In this document: in pieces, positions 40,265 through 48,705 of the stretch
How positions within the stretch are numbered: the stretch's first letter is position 1
Layout: every line of letters begins with the position of its first letter
IMG/VR virus record: IMGVR_UViG_3300037454_000542
Location: 27,095-91,094 of that record
DNA: 64,000 bases
Source: a virus
Lineage: Duplodnaviria > Caudoviricetes
Direction: 5' to 3' (one strand)
Notes under the pieces: model-generated
The model's input: only the letters and a program-made list of their open reading frames with translations
Databases searched by the model: none
What the model was told of the DNA's origin: nothing
Position numbers and translations under genes: made by a program

Positions 40265-40490
40265 CGAAAGCACTCTTATACAAAGAGTGCTTTTTGTATA
40301 TACGCTTGAATAAAGAGTGCAATAATAAATCCATACAAATAATATATAATATATATATATTTATCTTTATTCCTCGGTTACAAGAGTGCATAAATAAGTA
40401 CGCTTTATGCAAGAGTGCTTATATTAGTACGCTTAATACAAGCGTGCTAATACAAGTACGCTTTATACAAGTGTGCAACAACGCACTCCT
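40265..40490. repeat. Iteron-like 29-bp-period repeat array with AT-rich tract (candidate replication origin)
   Basis: AAG(A/C/T)GTGC at 40382, 40411, 40440, 40469 alternating with AGTACGCTT at 40397, 40426, 40455; further copies at 40283 and 40313; AT-rich 40321-40370. Confidence 0.65.
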
Positions 40491-40530
40491 TAAAGAAGAC
40501 AGCGCATGCCAAAAGAATGGAGTGATAACA

Positions 40531-40737
40531 ATGGCAAGCTTAATGTACGGAATCATTGAAAAACTGCTGCATGGCCGCAACCCGCTGAACCTCAAATGCA
40601 GCGAAGCCCGCAAACTGGTCGCCGACTTCTATCTCGAACTCGAAGCAAAGACGATCCAGTACACCGACAAATCGAAAATCGACAAGCTTTCGACCGCGGT
40701 ACTAAAAAAGTACGGGCTCGAATATTTTGCCGCTTGA
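40531..40737 (+). CDS. Small hypothetical protein
   Basis: MASLMYGII..., RBS GGAGTG. Confidence 0.55.
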   Translation: MASLMYGIIEKLLHGRNPLNLKCSEARKLVADFYLELEAKTIQYTDKSKIDKLSTAVLKKYGLEYFAA

Positions 40738-40812
40738 CAAGCGTTTTTTATTCGTGTATAATACAACACGATTAGACAACGCCCGCAGTCAATCACAACA
40801 CAATTAGACAAC
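40734..40812 (+). promoter_or_regulatory. Consensus sigma-A promoter followed by two ACAACA-N3-TTAGACAAC operators
   Basis: TTGACA 40734, TATAAT 40757; motifs at 40763-40780 and 40795-40812. Confidence 0.8.
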
Positions 40813-40825
40813 GGAGGATAAAACA

Positions 40826-41011
40826 ATGAGATACATAGCAACGATGAAGAAACGCAGAATCTCGCTCTGGCGCCGGTTCGTAGCGTTTGACGAAAGAATG
40901 GAACGCGAGCATCCGAGACTGTACGGACTGTTCACTTTTGTGATCGGTTCGATCTCAATCGCGGTCTCGTTCATACTGATTCTGTTAATTTACGCAATCG
41001 TAAACTTCTAA
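40826..41011 (+). CDS. Small membrane protein
   Basis: 61 aa with C-terminal hydrophobic helix; RBS GGAGG. Confidence 0.6.
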   Translation: MRYIATMKKRRISLWRRFVAFDERMEREHPRLYGLFTFVIGSISIAVSFILILLIYAIVNF

Positions 41012-41026
41012 ACCGCGAAAGGAGAA

Positions 41027-41473
41027 GTGAAAATGCCAACAGACCAAATCCCGAGAACCGAAAGATTCAATGCTGAAGTGATAGTTACTCAACCGCCAAT
41101 CGACGGGATTCAGCATTATGAGAACCACATCATAACAGGACTCCCGCTTAACTGGCGCGTTTTGGGAGTGTTCGACTATATCGGGTTTGATTGTCGAAGA
41201 TTCTGGAGCGACGCGACGGTAACAATCAATGGCAACGTGGTTAATGAATACGATCATTTCGACAAACTTGGAATACCAGCCGGCAGCAATGCAATAATAA
41301 AAATACAGTTTGGAGAACAGTATGTCGAGCATGTTAAGCTGATAGAGAAAATCCGAGAAGAAGTGCGGAAATATAGAGAAGTTACGCATAAAACGCAGCG
41401 TCAAGCAGACGCCGCACAAAAGAAAATAAATAAGCAAATTGCAAAAAGGAGAAAGAACTATGCCTACAAGTAA
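41027..41473 (+). CDS. Hypothetical protein
   Basis: 148 aa, RBS AAAGGAG. Confidence 0.6.
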   Translation: MKMPTDQIPRTERFNAEVIVTQPPIDGIQHYENHIITGLPLNWRVLGVFDYIGFDCRRFWSDATVTINGNVVNEYDHFDKLGIPAGSNAIIKIQFGEQYVEHVKLIEKIREEVRKYREVTHKTQRQADAAQKKINKQIAKRRKNYAYK

Positions 41474-41648
41474 AAGAAAAATCCTCAAAGCGATCAGAGA
41501 ACTGTCCGGACTTTACTACTACCTCCGCATCAGATGGGCGGCGCGTAAAGTCTTTCGCTGCGTCACCTGGTTCGGATGGGATCCGGAAGATGTTGCCAGC
41601 GAAATCATCACTCACTACTGGGATCGAAACCTCGAAGCTTTGATATGA
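41460..41648 (+). CDS. Small hypothetical protein
   Basis: MPTSKRK..., RBS AAAGGAG. Confidence 0.5.
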   Translation: MPTSKRKILKAIRELSGLYYYLRIRWAARKVFRCVTWFGWDPEDVASEIITHYWDRNLEALI

Positions 41649-41905
41649 GGAACGCACAAATGGTTATCACAAAAGAGTTTAACATTGTGATCGACATCGA
41701 CGAGATCATCAAAGATTATGGCCTAGATGTTGTCATTGACGACGACGAGGATGATGAGGATCTCGTATTGTGGTGCGCAGTAGACGATTATGTAGCGCGC
41801 AAAAAGCAAGAAAAAGAAATCTACGATCTAATCGACGCTTTTGACATTGATGATGTTGTTTGGGAAATATACGAGAAATTGCATCCCACACCTTCGAAAT
41901 CATAG
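41645..41905 (+). CDS. Small acidic hypothetical protein (possible DNA mimic)
   Basis: MRNAQMV..., very Asp/Glu-rich. Confidence 0.5.
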   Translation: MRNAQMVITKEFNIVIDIDEIIKDYGLDVVIDDDEDDEDLVLWCAVDDYVARKKQEKEIYDLIDAFDIDDVVWEIYEKLHPTPSKS

Positions 41906-41961
41906 CCGCAAGGCTTTGATATAAAAAATTAAACGGGCAAAGCCCAGAAAGGAACAAGTCT

Positions 41962-42357
41962 ATGCAGATCAAAATCTTCAAAGACCTCAAAAAGTTCACA
42001 CTCACCTCCACCCTGACCAAAGAGGACATCGGCCTCGTCAAGAAGTATCGTCCCTCCGCCCTGAAGAAACAGGACGCGGAAGGCAACGACATCTTCGCTG
42101 TGTCGTATGTCGAAGGTCGCCCCTGCATCTCCGCGAACGGTGTCACGTTCGGCGCTGCGAGTGCTAACGGCGGCTACGCTATGGTCTCCGGCGACCTGCC
42201 CGAGAACATAGATGCCGGCAAGTACGGCGAGTACATTGCCGACCTCGTGGGTGCTGCGCTTCCGTTCGTGAACGAACTTGAGGCGGCCATCCCCGAAGTG
42301 GTCAACACCATTAAGGCCGAACGCGCTGCCCTGCTTGGCGGTATCGTAGAAGCCTAA
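41962..42357 (+). CDS. Hypothetical protein at the head of the ubiquitin-like operon
   Basis: 131 aa, RBS GAAAGGA; codon usage suggests high expression. Confidence 0.7.
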   Translation: MQIKIFKDLKKFTLTSTLTKEDIGLVKKYRPSALKKQDAEGNDIFAVSYVEGRPCISANGVTFGAASANGGYAMVSGDLPENIDAGKYGEYIADLVGAALPFVNELEAAIPEVVNTIKAERAALLGGIVEA

Positions 42358-42439
42358 TCACCGCCTTGAGGCGATAACAAGGGATCAACACCAAATTACA
42401 TAGCATAAACAAATTAAACACTCGAAAGGAGAAAAAACT

Positions 42440-42679
42440 ATGCTTTCCATCAACGTAAGAACTAACACCACCCGCCGCACCGTTGCCTATGATGTCACCG
42501 CGACTCCGAGACAGGTGTTCAACGAGCTGAGAATCGACACTTCCACGTCGATGGTCAACCTCGACGGTACCATTCTGTCTGGCGCCGACTTCGACAAGAC
42601 CTTCGAAGAGCTGCGCGCCGTTGACGGTGCCACCGTTAACCTGAACGCAATCGTAAAAGCTGACGGCGCCCGCTGTTAA
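42440..42679 (+). CDS. Prokaryotic ubiquitin-like (beta-grasp) protein
   Basis: 79 aa; beta-grasp pattern (INVRTN...TPRQVF...LDGTIL...DKTFEEL...VNLNAIVKADG); next to E2, JAB and E1. Confidence 0.75.
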   Translation: MLSINVRTNTTRRTVAYDVTATPRQVFNELRIDTSTSMVNLDGTILSGADFDKTFEELRAVDGATVNLNAIVKADGARC

Positions 42680-42709
42680 TTGATCTTATCAGCGAGGAGG
42701 GGAGACAGA

Positions 42710-44227
42710 ATGTTTATTGCAAGAGAAGAACTCGAATTAACAAGCGAAGAGGCAAACGGTTGTTTTGGTCGCCCCTTCTCGCTTGGTGATGATTACTCGT
42801 TGTGTGCTCTGTTTAGGGCGGTCGTAATCAATCACGAAGAAAACCCAAAGGCTGAAGATATGCTCGTGAAGAGAAACTATCACGATCACGCATCGGAAGT
42901 TGCTGATTACTTCATTGGCAATGATCTCATACCTTTGAGAATTATACACTTTGGCGGCTCGTTAGACGACGCAAGAACCGGCATTAAGCAAACAATCGAC
43001 GCTATTAACGAAGTCAATAACGGGAATATGCCGCACTGGGTTACATTTGACGGCGAATCGACTAACGGAACGCCGTTATATTTGAACAAATATTTGAGCC
43101 AGTTTGCAAAAACGCTGGTGTACATTGCTCCGGATAAAAAGGCAATAATTCTGCTTTTCGACGCCAAAGCTTCCGACGAAGCAAAACAGTCTTTGGCTCA
43201 AGCGTTTGGGTCGATGCTGTGGGCAATAATGCCGTGGTACTATCCGGAAAAGGATGAAGAAACGATTGCGTTCTTCAAAAAATTGTCTGTCGAAAAGAAA
43301 CAGACGCAAGCGTCGCTCGACAGAGCAATTAACGCGCTCAAAGAGTATGTCAAGAAAGCCGCAGAAAAAGTCAATCTGCGCGATTTGAAACTTCATAGCC
43401 TGCTTGATGGCATCGCAGATAAAGCGAGACAGAATCAGATTGCTTCGCTCGAAAGCCAATATGAAGATAAAGCAAACAGAATCCGCCGGTATATGGAAGA
43501 GCTCGATCAACTTTATGAATCGATAGAGACGGTCAAATTGACTCTAAACGGGTTGAAGAATATGCCGGCAAAACAAGACGATTACATATTCAATTTCTTC
43601 CATACACACAGAAACATAACTGTTATCGGTTTTGATAGCACTGGCGAAAGCCTGAAGTATGGTGTTACCGACACGCTAGAGTTTTACGATCACGACGAGC
43701 TCGCGAAGCTGTTTGACAACGAAGATGGCTGGGTAAGACGCTTTTACAGCGAAAATGATATATGCTATTTCAAAGAATTGTTGCTCAACCAGCGCGGCAT
43801 TGTAAAAATCAACGCCGTGTTCCAGCTCAGAGACATGAGGTTCGTAAGACCGATTCGTGGAGAAACAATAGACCGTTCTGCTCTGCCAAATCAGCACATC
43901 TACCAGTACGGTTGCAATGGCGGTAACGACAAGTATTATGCCGGCTATGCAGATAGTGGTGATTGGGATTTAGGCGTCGAACAGTCGATTAGCGCAACTA
44001 AAAACTGGGCCGTCGGTGACTCGCTCGTGAGCCAGCGCATGCTTGAATGGATAGTGCGCAGTTCAACGCAGTTCATCTATGTAAGCGACGGCAGCCCGAT
44101 TGAACGTGTGACTCCGGAAATGAAGCTTGTTTCGTTCAACGAATTTAAGACATTAGTAGACAACAAAATAAAAGAAGAGCAGAGCGCGAACGAAGAAGCG
44201 CCGGCAGAAGGAGAAAACAATGGCTAA
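42710..44227 (+). CDS. Prokaryotic E2-like ubiquitin-conjugating domain protein with coiled coil
   Basis: Central coiled coil; C-terminal LPNQHIYQYGCNGG resembles the E2 H...CxG active-site motif; operon context. Confidence 0.55.
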   Translation: MFIAREELELTSEEANGCFGRPFSLGDDYSLCALFRAVVINHEENPKAEDMLVKRNYHDHASEVADYFIGNDLIPLRIIHFGGSLDDARTGIKQTIDAINEVNNGNMPHWVTFDGESTNGTPLYLNKYLSQFAKTLVYIAPDKKAIILLFDAKASDEAKQSLAQAFGSMLWAIMPWYYPEKDEETIAFFKKLSVEKKQTQASLDRAINALKEYVKKAAEKVNLRDLKLHSLLDGIADKARQNQIASLESQYEDKANRIRRYMEELDQLYESIETVKLTLNGLKNMPAKQDDYIFNFFHTHRNITVIGFDSTGESLKYGVTDTLEFYDHDELAKLFDNEDGWVRRFYSENDICYFKELLLNQRGIVKINAVFQLRDMRFVRPIRGETIDRSALPNQHIYQYGCNGGNDKYYAGYADSGDWDLGVEQSISATKNWAVGDSLVSQRMLEWIVRSSTQFIYVSDGSPIERVTPEMKLVSFNEFKTLVDNKIKEEQSANEEAPAEGENNG

Positions 44228-45053
44228 GAAAATCTACATCAACGAAGAAGAGGTAAACAAAATCCTCGCAGAAATCAAGAGTGAGATTACAAGGACGAAA
44301 TGCTATGGATCTGTTGAGATCAAAAAGTCTTTCGCCCAGGACAACCGCAAGGCAATTGTGTACTTCGGCGCCGACGCGTGGAACAAAGTCAGAGCTCTGG
44401 TAAGTGAGTTTGACACCGAAGTTCAGTGGCACGGACTCGTTGACCGCATCTCCGAAAACGAGTTCCTTGTGTACGATATTGTCGTACCGCCCCACGTTGT
44501 CACCGGGGCAACGGTTACATCCGACGAAACGAAATATCGCGAGTGGATCAACGCGCTCGACGATGACACATTCAATCATCTGCGCTTCCACGGTCACAGC
44601 CATGTAAATATGGGTTGTTCGCCGTCGAATGTGGATATGACATATCGCAAAGATATTGTTACGCAGCTTCCGATTCCGGAAGATGAAATGGAAGATTCGT
44701 TCTACATCTTCATGATCTTCAACAAAAAGAGCGAGTGGACGGGAGAGATTTACGACATCACGAACAATGCGCTGTACAGCACGAAAGAAATTGCAATCGA
44801 TGTTTATTGCGACGAACGCCTGTTGAGCGACTTCATCAAAGAAGCGAAAACACTTGCAATTAAAGAGACGCCGAAGCCTGTGACGCCGGTACAGACGACC
44901 GTTACGACTACAAAGGGCGGTAAAAAAAACGAAAGCTTCACGTATAACACGTATACCGCGAACGGTTACTCCGGAACATACAAAAGCTATTGCGACGATG
45001 ACAACGACAGCGGCTACGGAAACAAAGGAACGTGGTGGCGGTTCGACGACTAA
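44220..45053 (+). CDS. JAB/JAMM (MPN+) metalloprotease
   Basis: EVQW glutamate and HGHSHVNMGCSPSNVD (HxH-x7-S-x2-D). Confidence 0.85.
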   Translation: MAKKIYINEEEVNKILAEIKSEITRTKCYGSVEIKKSFAQDNRKAIVYFGADAWNKVRALVSEFDTEVQWHGLVDRISENEFLVYDIVVPPHVVTGATVTSDETKYREWINALDDDTFNHLRFHGHSHVNMGCSPSNVDMTYRKDIVTQLPIPEDEMEDSFYIFMIFNKKSEWTGEIYDITNNALYSTKEIAIDVYCDERLLSDFIKEAKTLAIKETPKPVTPVQTTVTTTKGGKKNESFTYNTYTANGYSGTYKSYCDDDNDSGYGNKGTWWRFDD

Positions 45054-45065
45054 GAAAGGAGTTCA

Positions 45066-45734
45066 ATGATGGATTTATCAAAAAGTTTTGAATACTTCAA
45101 TCCGCTTGAAGCAAAAGGCAAGTGCCACATTATCGGCTGCGGTTCCGTCGGCAGCACGATTGCTGAAAATCTTGCAAGGCTCGGGATTACGAACTTCGCG
45201 CTGTACGACTTTGACATTGTTGAACCTCACAACATAGTCAATCAGATGTTCGTTCAGTCCGATATGAAAAAGCTCAAGGTCGAAGCGACCAAGCGAATCA
45301 TCACCGACATCAATCCTGAAACAGAGGGAACTATTGAACTTCACCCCGAGGGATACACGAATCAAAAACTTAGCGGTTTTGTATTCCTTTGCGTCGATAA
45401 CATCGAGTTAAGACGCAAAATCTGCGAAGAAAATAGAATGAATCGCCAGATCAAAGTCATGTTTGATTGCAGAACAAGACTTGAAGATGCGCAGACTTTT
45501 GCCGCAGATTGGGGCGATTTGAGGCAAATAAAGAACTTAATTGCATCAATGGACTTCACACATGAGGAAGCGACCGCTGCGACGCCGATGTCCGCTTGCG
45601 GACGGGTTCTTGGAGTCGCTCCGACCGTAAGAGTTGTATGCGCTCTCTGCGTTTGCAATTTTATGAATTATGTGCTTGGCAAAGGGCTGAGGCAGGTAGT
45701 CGTGTGCGATCCGTTCAAGATGGAGGTGTTCTGA
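45066..45734 (+). CDS. ThiF/E1-like adenylyltransferase
   Basis: IIGCGSVGS, DFDIVEPHNIVNQ, CVDN...R, SACG. Confidence 0.9.
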   Translation: MMDLSKSFEYFNPLEAKGKCHIIGCGSVGSTIAENLARLGITNFALYDFDIVEPHNIVNQMFVQSDMKKLKVEATKRIITDINPETEGTIELHPEGYTNQKLSGFVFLCVDNIELRRKICEENRMNRQIKVMFDCRTRLEDAQTFAADWGDLRQIKNLIASMDFTHEEATAATPMSACGRVLGVAPTVRVVCALCVCNFMNYVLGKGLRQVVVCDPFKMEVF

Positions 45735-45735
45735 T

Positions 45736-45879
45736 GTGGAAGGATTTGGAATTTGTGTATTGATTACAACCATCCTGTTCTGGATCGAGACATTCTATGC
45801 GCAGCATCAACTTGATAGCCTCGACATACGAATTAGCAAACTCGAAAAGCGAGATGAAGAAAAAGATGAAACACGTTGA
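45736..45879 (+). CDS. Small membrane peptide (47 aa)
   Basis: GTG start after GGAGGTG; [14 protein letters not shown] hydrophobic helix; overlaps rnhA start; not in track. Confidence 0.45.
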   Translation: MEGFGICVLITTILFWIETFYAQHQLDSLDIRISKLEKRDEEKDETR

Positions 45880-46300
45880 CATATTCACCGATGGCGCTTG
45901 TGCCGGCAATCCCGGCCCCGGCGGCTGGGCTGCGATACTGAGATATGGGAGAACGGCCAAAGAGATAACCGGTCGTGAGGAACAAACAACAAACAACCGT
46001 ATGGAACTTACAGCGACGATAGAAGCCCTGTATGCGCTGAAAGAACCGTGCGACGTCACGCTTACAACTGATTCGAAGTATGTTGTTGACGGGATTAACA
46101 ACGGATGGGCTAAACAATGGAAAGAGCGAGGCTGGCGGAAAGCCGATAAAAAGCCGGCTCAGAACAAAGACCTTTGGGATGCTTTGCTCGGCCTGATAAG
46201 CGTACACGATGTAACATTCGTGTGGGTTAAAGGTCATAGCGGGCACATGGAAAACGAGCGATGCGACGCTCTTGCCGTCGCCGCCTACCAGAACATTTAA
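45866..46300 (+). CDS. rnhA: Ribonuclease HI
   Basis: [41 protein letters not shown]. Confidence 0.95.
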   Translation: MKHVDIFTDGACAGNPGPGGWAAILRYGRTAKEITGREEQTTNNRMELTATIEALYALKEPCDVTLTTDSKYVVDGINNGWAKQWKERGWRKADKKPAQNKDLWDALLGLISVHDVTFVWVKGHSGHMENERCDALAVAAYQNI

Positions 46301-46304
46301 GTAA

Positions 46305-46622
46305 CTTGTGATGTTATCTCCAGGACACTAAACTCTGGAACTTTTGACGAAGGCAAAAGTACAAAAATGTCAGACCGAGGGACGCCGCCCAAGGCGCAGT
46401 GCACAGAGGCCGCAGGTCACCTCCTGACGATTACCACGACCTTACAGGGAAAAGTAGCGTGAAACTACCCCGTTGAACTAACCATTCAACGCAACACATG
46501 TCGAAAATCCGCGACTTTTTCGACACAAACTCCAACCTTGATGCTCAACATCAAGTTGGTGAGTCTGAAGACTTAGCGAATCGCTTCTTTCATGAAGGTT
46601 ACAAAACCTTGTAGATCACAGG
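46305..46622 (+). ncRNA. Retron-like msr-msd ncRNA, copy 1 (directly upstream of RT)
   Basis: Terminal IR CTTGTGAT/ATCACAGG; GTTAT; two stem-loops; AAGTACAAAAATGTCAGACCGAG; 3' part with several hairpins. Confidence 0.8.
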
Positions 46623-46640
46623 ACGAAAGGAAGAATTATT

Positions 46641-47795
46641 ATGCCGTACATTACAACAAGACGCACTCAAAGAACATATCAATTGACATTCGACGATATG
46701 CTTAATGGCTTCGATCCGTCGATGCTCGAAGTAACAAAAGACACATTTGATACTACGACGTGGTATGCAAACCGTGTGTCTGACAAAATGAACAACAAAA
46801 TGGACTACCACGGGATGTGGACTGCGCTGTACGAGTTCAACCAGAAGCACGCAGACCTCATCAATACCGAAGATAAGTCTACGCTGTATCGCAGCTTTAA
46901 GATTCCGAAAAGGTCTGGCGGGCTACGTCAGATCGATGCTCCGGGCGAGCCGCTAATGAACGCGCTTAGCGAGCTAAAAGAGATTCTCGAAAAGACCTTC
47001 TTCTTCACATATCATACTACGGCCTTTGCGTATGTTCATGGCAGATGTACGATTGACGCAGTTAAACGGCACCAGAAGAACGGTTCTCGCTGGGTTCTCA
47101 AGACCGATATGAGCAAGTTTTTTCCTCATACAACACCGGAGTTCCTGTTCAAGATGCTCTATCAGACATTCCCGCTCTGCAATTACATTAACGCGAGCTG
47201 GGGGTACAAGGAAGAGTTCGAAAAAGCGATGTCGCTGTGCTTCCTCAACGGTGGGCTTCCGCAGGGAACGCCGACCAGCCCGATGCTTACCAACCAGATG
47301 ATGATTCCAATTGATTACACAATCAACAAAATGTGCCACGAGTATCATCCGCACCTCGTTTACACGAGATATGCAGACGATATGGACATTTCTTCAGAGT
47401 TCGGCTTCCAGTGGACTGATGTTGTAAACAAGATCGGCGCTATCCTCAAAGAGTTCAAAGCTCCATTCGAGTTTAACAAAGAGAAGACACATTATGGCAG
47501 CACCGCAGGGCGCAACTGGATGCTCGGCGTGATGCTCAACAAAGAAGGCAACATCACCGTAGGCCACGAGAACAAGAAGACCTTCAAAACTTCTTTGTTC
47601 GCGTTTGGTAACTCTATCAAAGACGGCAAGCCGTGGAGCATTGAAGATGTGCAGCACCTGCAAGGAATTGCTGCATATTACAAGATGGTCGAAGGCGAGA
47701 CAATCGACGCAATAATCCAGAACTATTCAAACAGATTCGGGTTTGACTTAATAGAAATGATGAAGAGGGTGATTAAAGGCGAACGGGTTGCGTAA
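46641..47795 (+). CDS. Retron-type reverse transcriptase (standalone, no fused effector)
   Basis: IPKRSGGLRQIDAP, AFAY...DAVKRH (region X-like), DMSKFF, LPQGTPTSP, YTRYADD, MLG at the region Y position; 384 aa. Confidence 0.9.
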   Translation: MPYITTRRTQRTYQLTFDDMLNGFDPSMLEVTKDTFDTTTWYANRVSDKMNNKMDYHGMWTALYEFNQKHADLINTEDKSTLYRSFKIPKRSGGLRQIDAPGEPLMNALSELKEILEKTFFFTYHTTAFAYVHGRCTIDAVKRHQKNGSRWVLKTDMSKFFPHTTPEFLFKMLYQTFPLCNYINASWGYKEEFEKAMSLCFLNGGLPQGTPTSPMLTNQMMIPIDYTINKMCHEYHPHLVYTRYADDMDISSEFGFQWTDVVNKIGAILKEFKAPFEFNKEKTHYGSTAGRNWMLGVMLNKEGNITVGHENKKTFKTSLFAFGNSIKDGKPWSIEDVQHLQGIAAYYKMVEGETIDAIIQNYSNRFGFDLIEMMKRVIKGERVA

Positions 47796-47854
47796 TTAGA
47801 AAAATTGAAACCGTTTATCGCAGCGCAAGCTGTTTGATAAAAACATTTTATCCT

Positions 47855-48104
47855 TCGCGGGATAGGTATTCCATGAATTACATATTTTTGTGGGGACCCG
47901 CAGAATGCGAGTCTAAGAACAACCCTGTAGGGTACGGTTTGAGACCGCCACTGGTACACTTCCGTGCACCGTTAGCTTCCGCAAGCGGAGCTAATGCTGC
48001 ACGAAGTGAACCATGAGGCGTCCAAACCATTGAAAACCACTTCAGGCCGCCCGGCACACTGCAAGAAGCCTGGCAGCCTGAACGCTGTTTTGAGTGTCCC
48101 GCGA
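47855..48104 (+). ncRNA. Retron-like ncRNA, copy 2 (divergent)
   Basis: Terminal IR TCGCGGGATA/TGTCCCGCGA; GGTAT; two stem-loops; long hairpin at about 47957-48008; lacks the AAATGT.AGA motif. Confidence 0.6.
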
Positions 48105-48111
48105 GACACAA

Positions 48112-48444
48112 CTTGTAATCGTTATTTCAGGAAACTGAACTTTCAACTATGTTGGAAGTACCAAAATGTTAGAGCAAGAAACCGTGCTGGCCACGGTCGT
48201 GGACCTAGGTGCACATCGGAAATCCCAGTCTTGGAGGCGAACTTAACACGAGAAGGGAAATAAGTCAAGCAGGTAACCCCAAATTACTTAAATATTTCTT
48301 ACGGATTAAGTACCCCATCGGTAACCCGATACGCCCGACACACACAACAACAGCTCCTACATCGACAATTGCGAGCAGCCCACCAGCCCGCCCGGAAGAC
48401 AAACCCTCGGGTATCCGGATCTGCAATCATATGTGGATTACAAG
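48112..48444 (+). ncRNA. Retron-like ncRNA, copy 3
   Basis: Terminal IR CTTGTAATC/GATTACAAG; GTTAT; TTCAG-GAAA-CTGAA; ACTTTCAAC-TAT-GTTGGAAGT; ACCAAAATGTTAGAGCAAG. Confidence 0.8.
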
Positions 48445-48476
48445 AACAACAGAAAAAATCAGAAAGGAAAGAAGCT

Positions 48477-48689
48477 ATGAACAACAACAAGAAGTACGTT
48501 TACGAAGGTGCTGTATATGCACGAGATTCATTGGTATCCGAGCGCTGGAAAGCGGTAACGTGGGCGTCGTCTGAGTCCAAGGCGATTTCCAATCTGAAGT
48601 ACCGTTTTAGAAATGACTATTACTACGAGCCGTGTGTTCCGTTATCGTTGCCCGGATCGCTTACGGTTATCGGCACAAAGAACAACTGA
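48477..48689 (+). CDS. Small hypothetical protein
   Basis: MNNNKKYVYEG...TWASSESKAISNLKYRF; RBS GAAAGGA. Confidence 0.65.
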   Translation: MNNNKKYVYEGAVYARDSLVSERWKAVTWASSESKAISNLKYRFRNDYYYEPCVPLSLPGSLTVIGTKNN

Positions 48690-48705
48690 GAGGAGAGAAA
48701 AAGAA

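Noticed and set aside
45066-45734. ThiF/MoeB as a thiamine or molybdopterin biosynthesis gene
   Set aside because: No thi/moa genes are nearby; the Ubl, E2-like and JAB neighbours indicate a conjugation system.
46471-46491. GTTGA..TCAAC hairpin in ncRNA copy 1 as a mimic of the ImmR operator
   Set aside because: The spacer is 9 nt versus 7 nt in all three operators; probably coincidental.
46641-47795. RT as a diversity-generating retroelement or group II intron
   Set aside because: No TR/VR repeat pair with A-specific mismatches or Avd-like gene was seen. There is no maturase/endonuclease extension or intron domain V. Motifs and flanking ncRNAs fit a retron-type RT.
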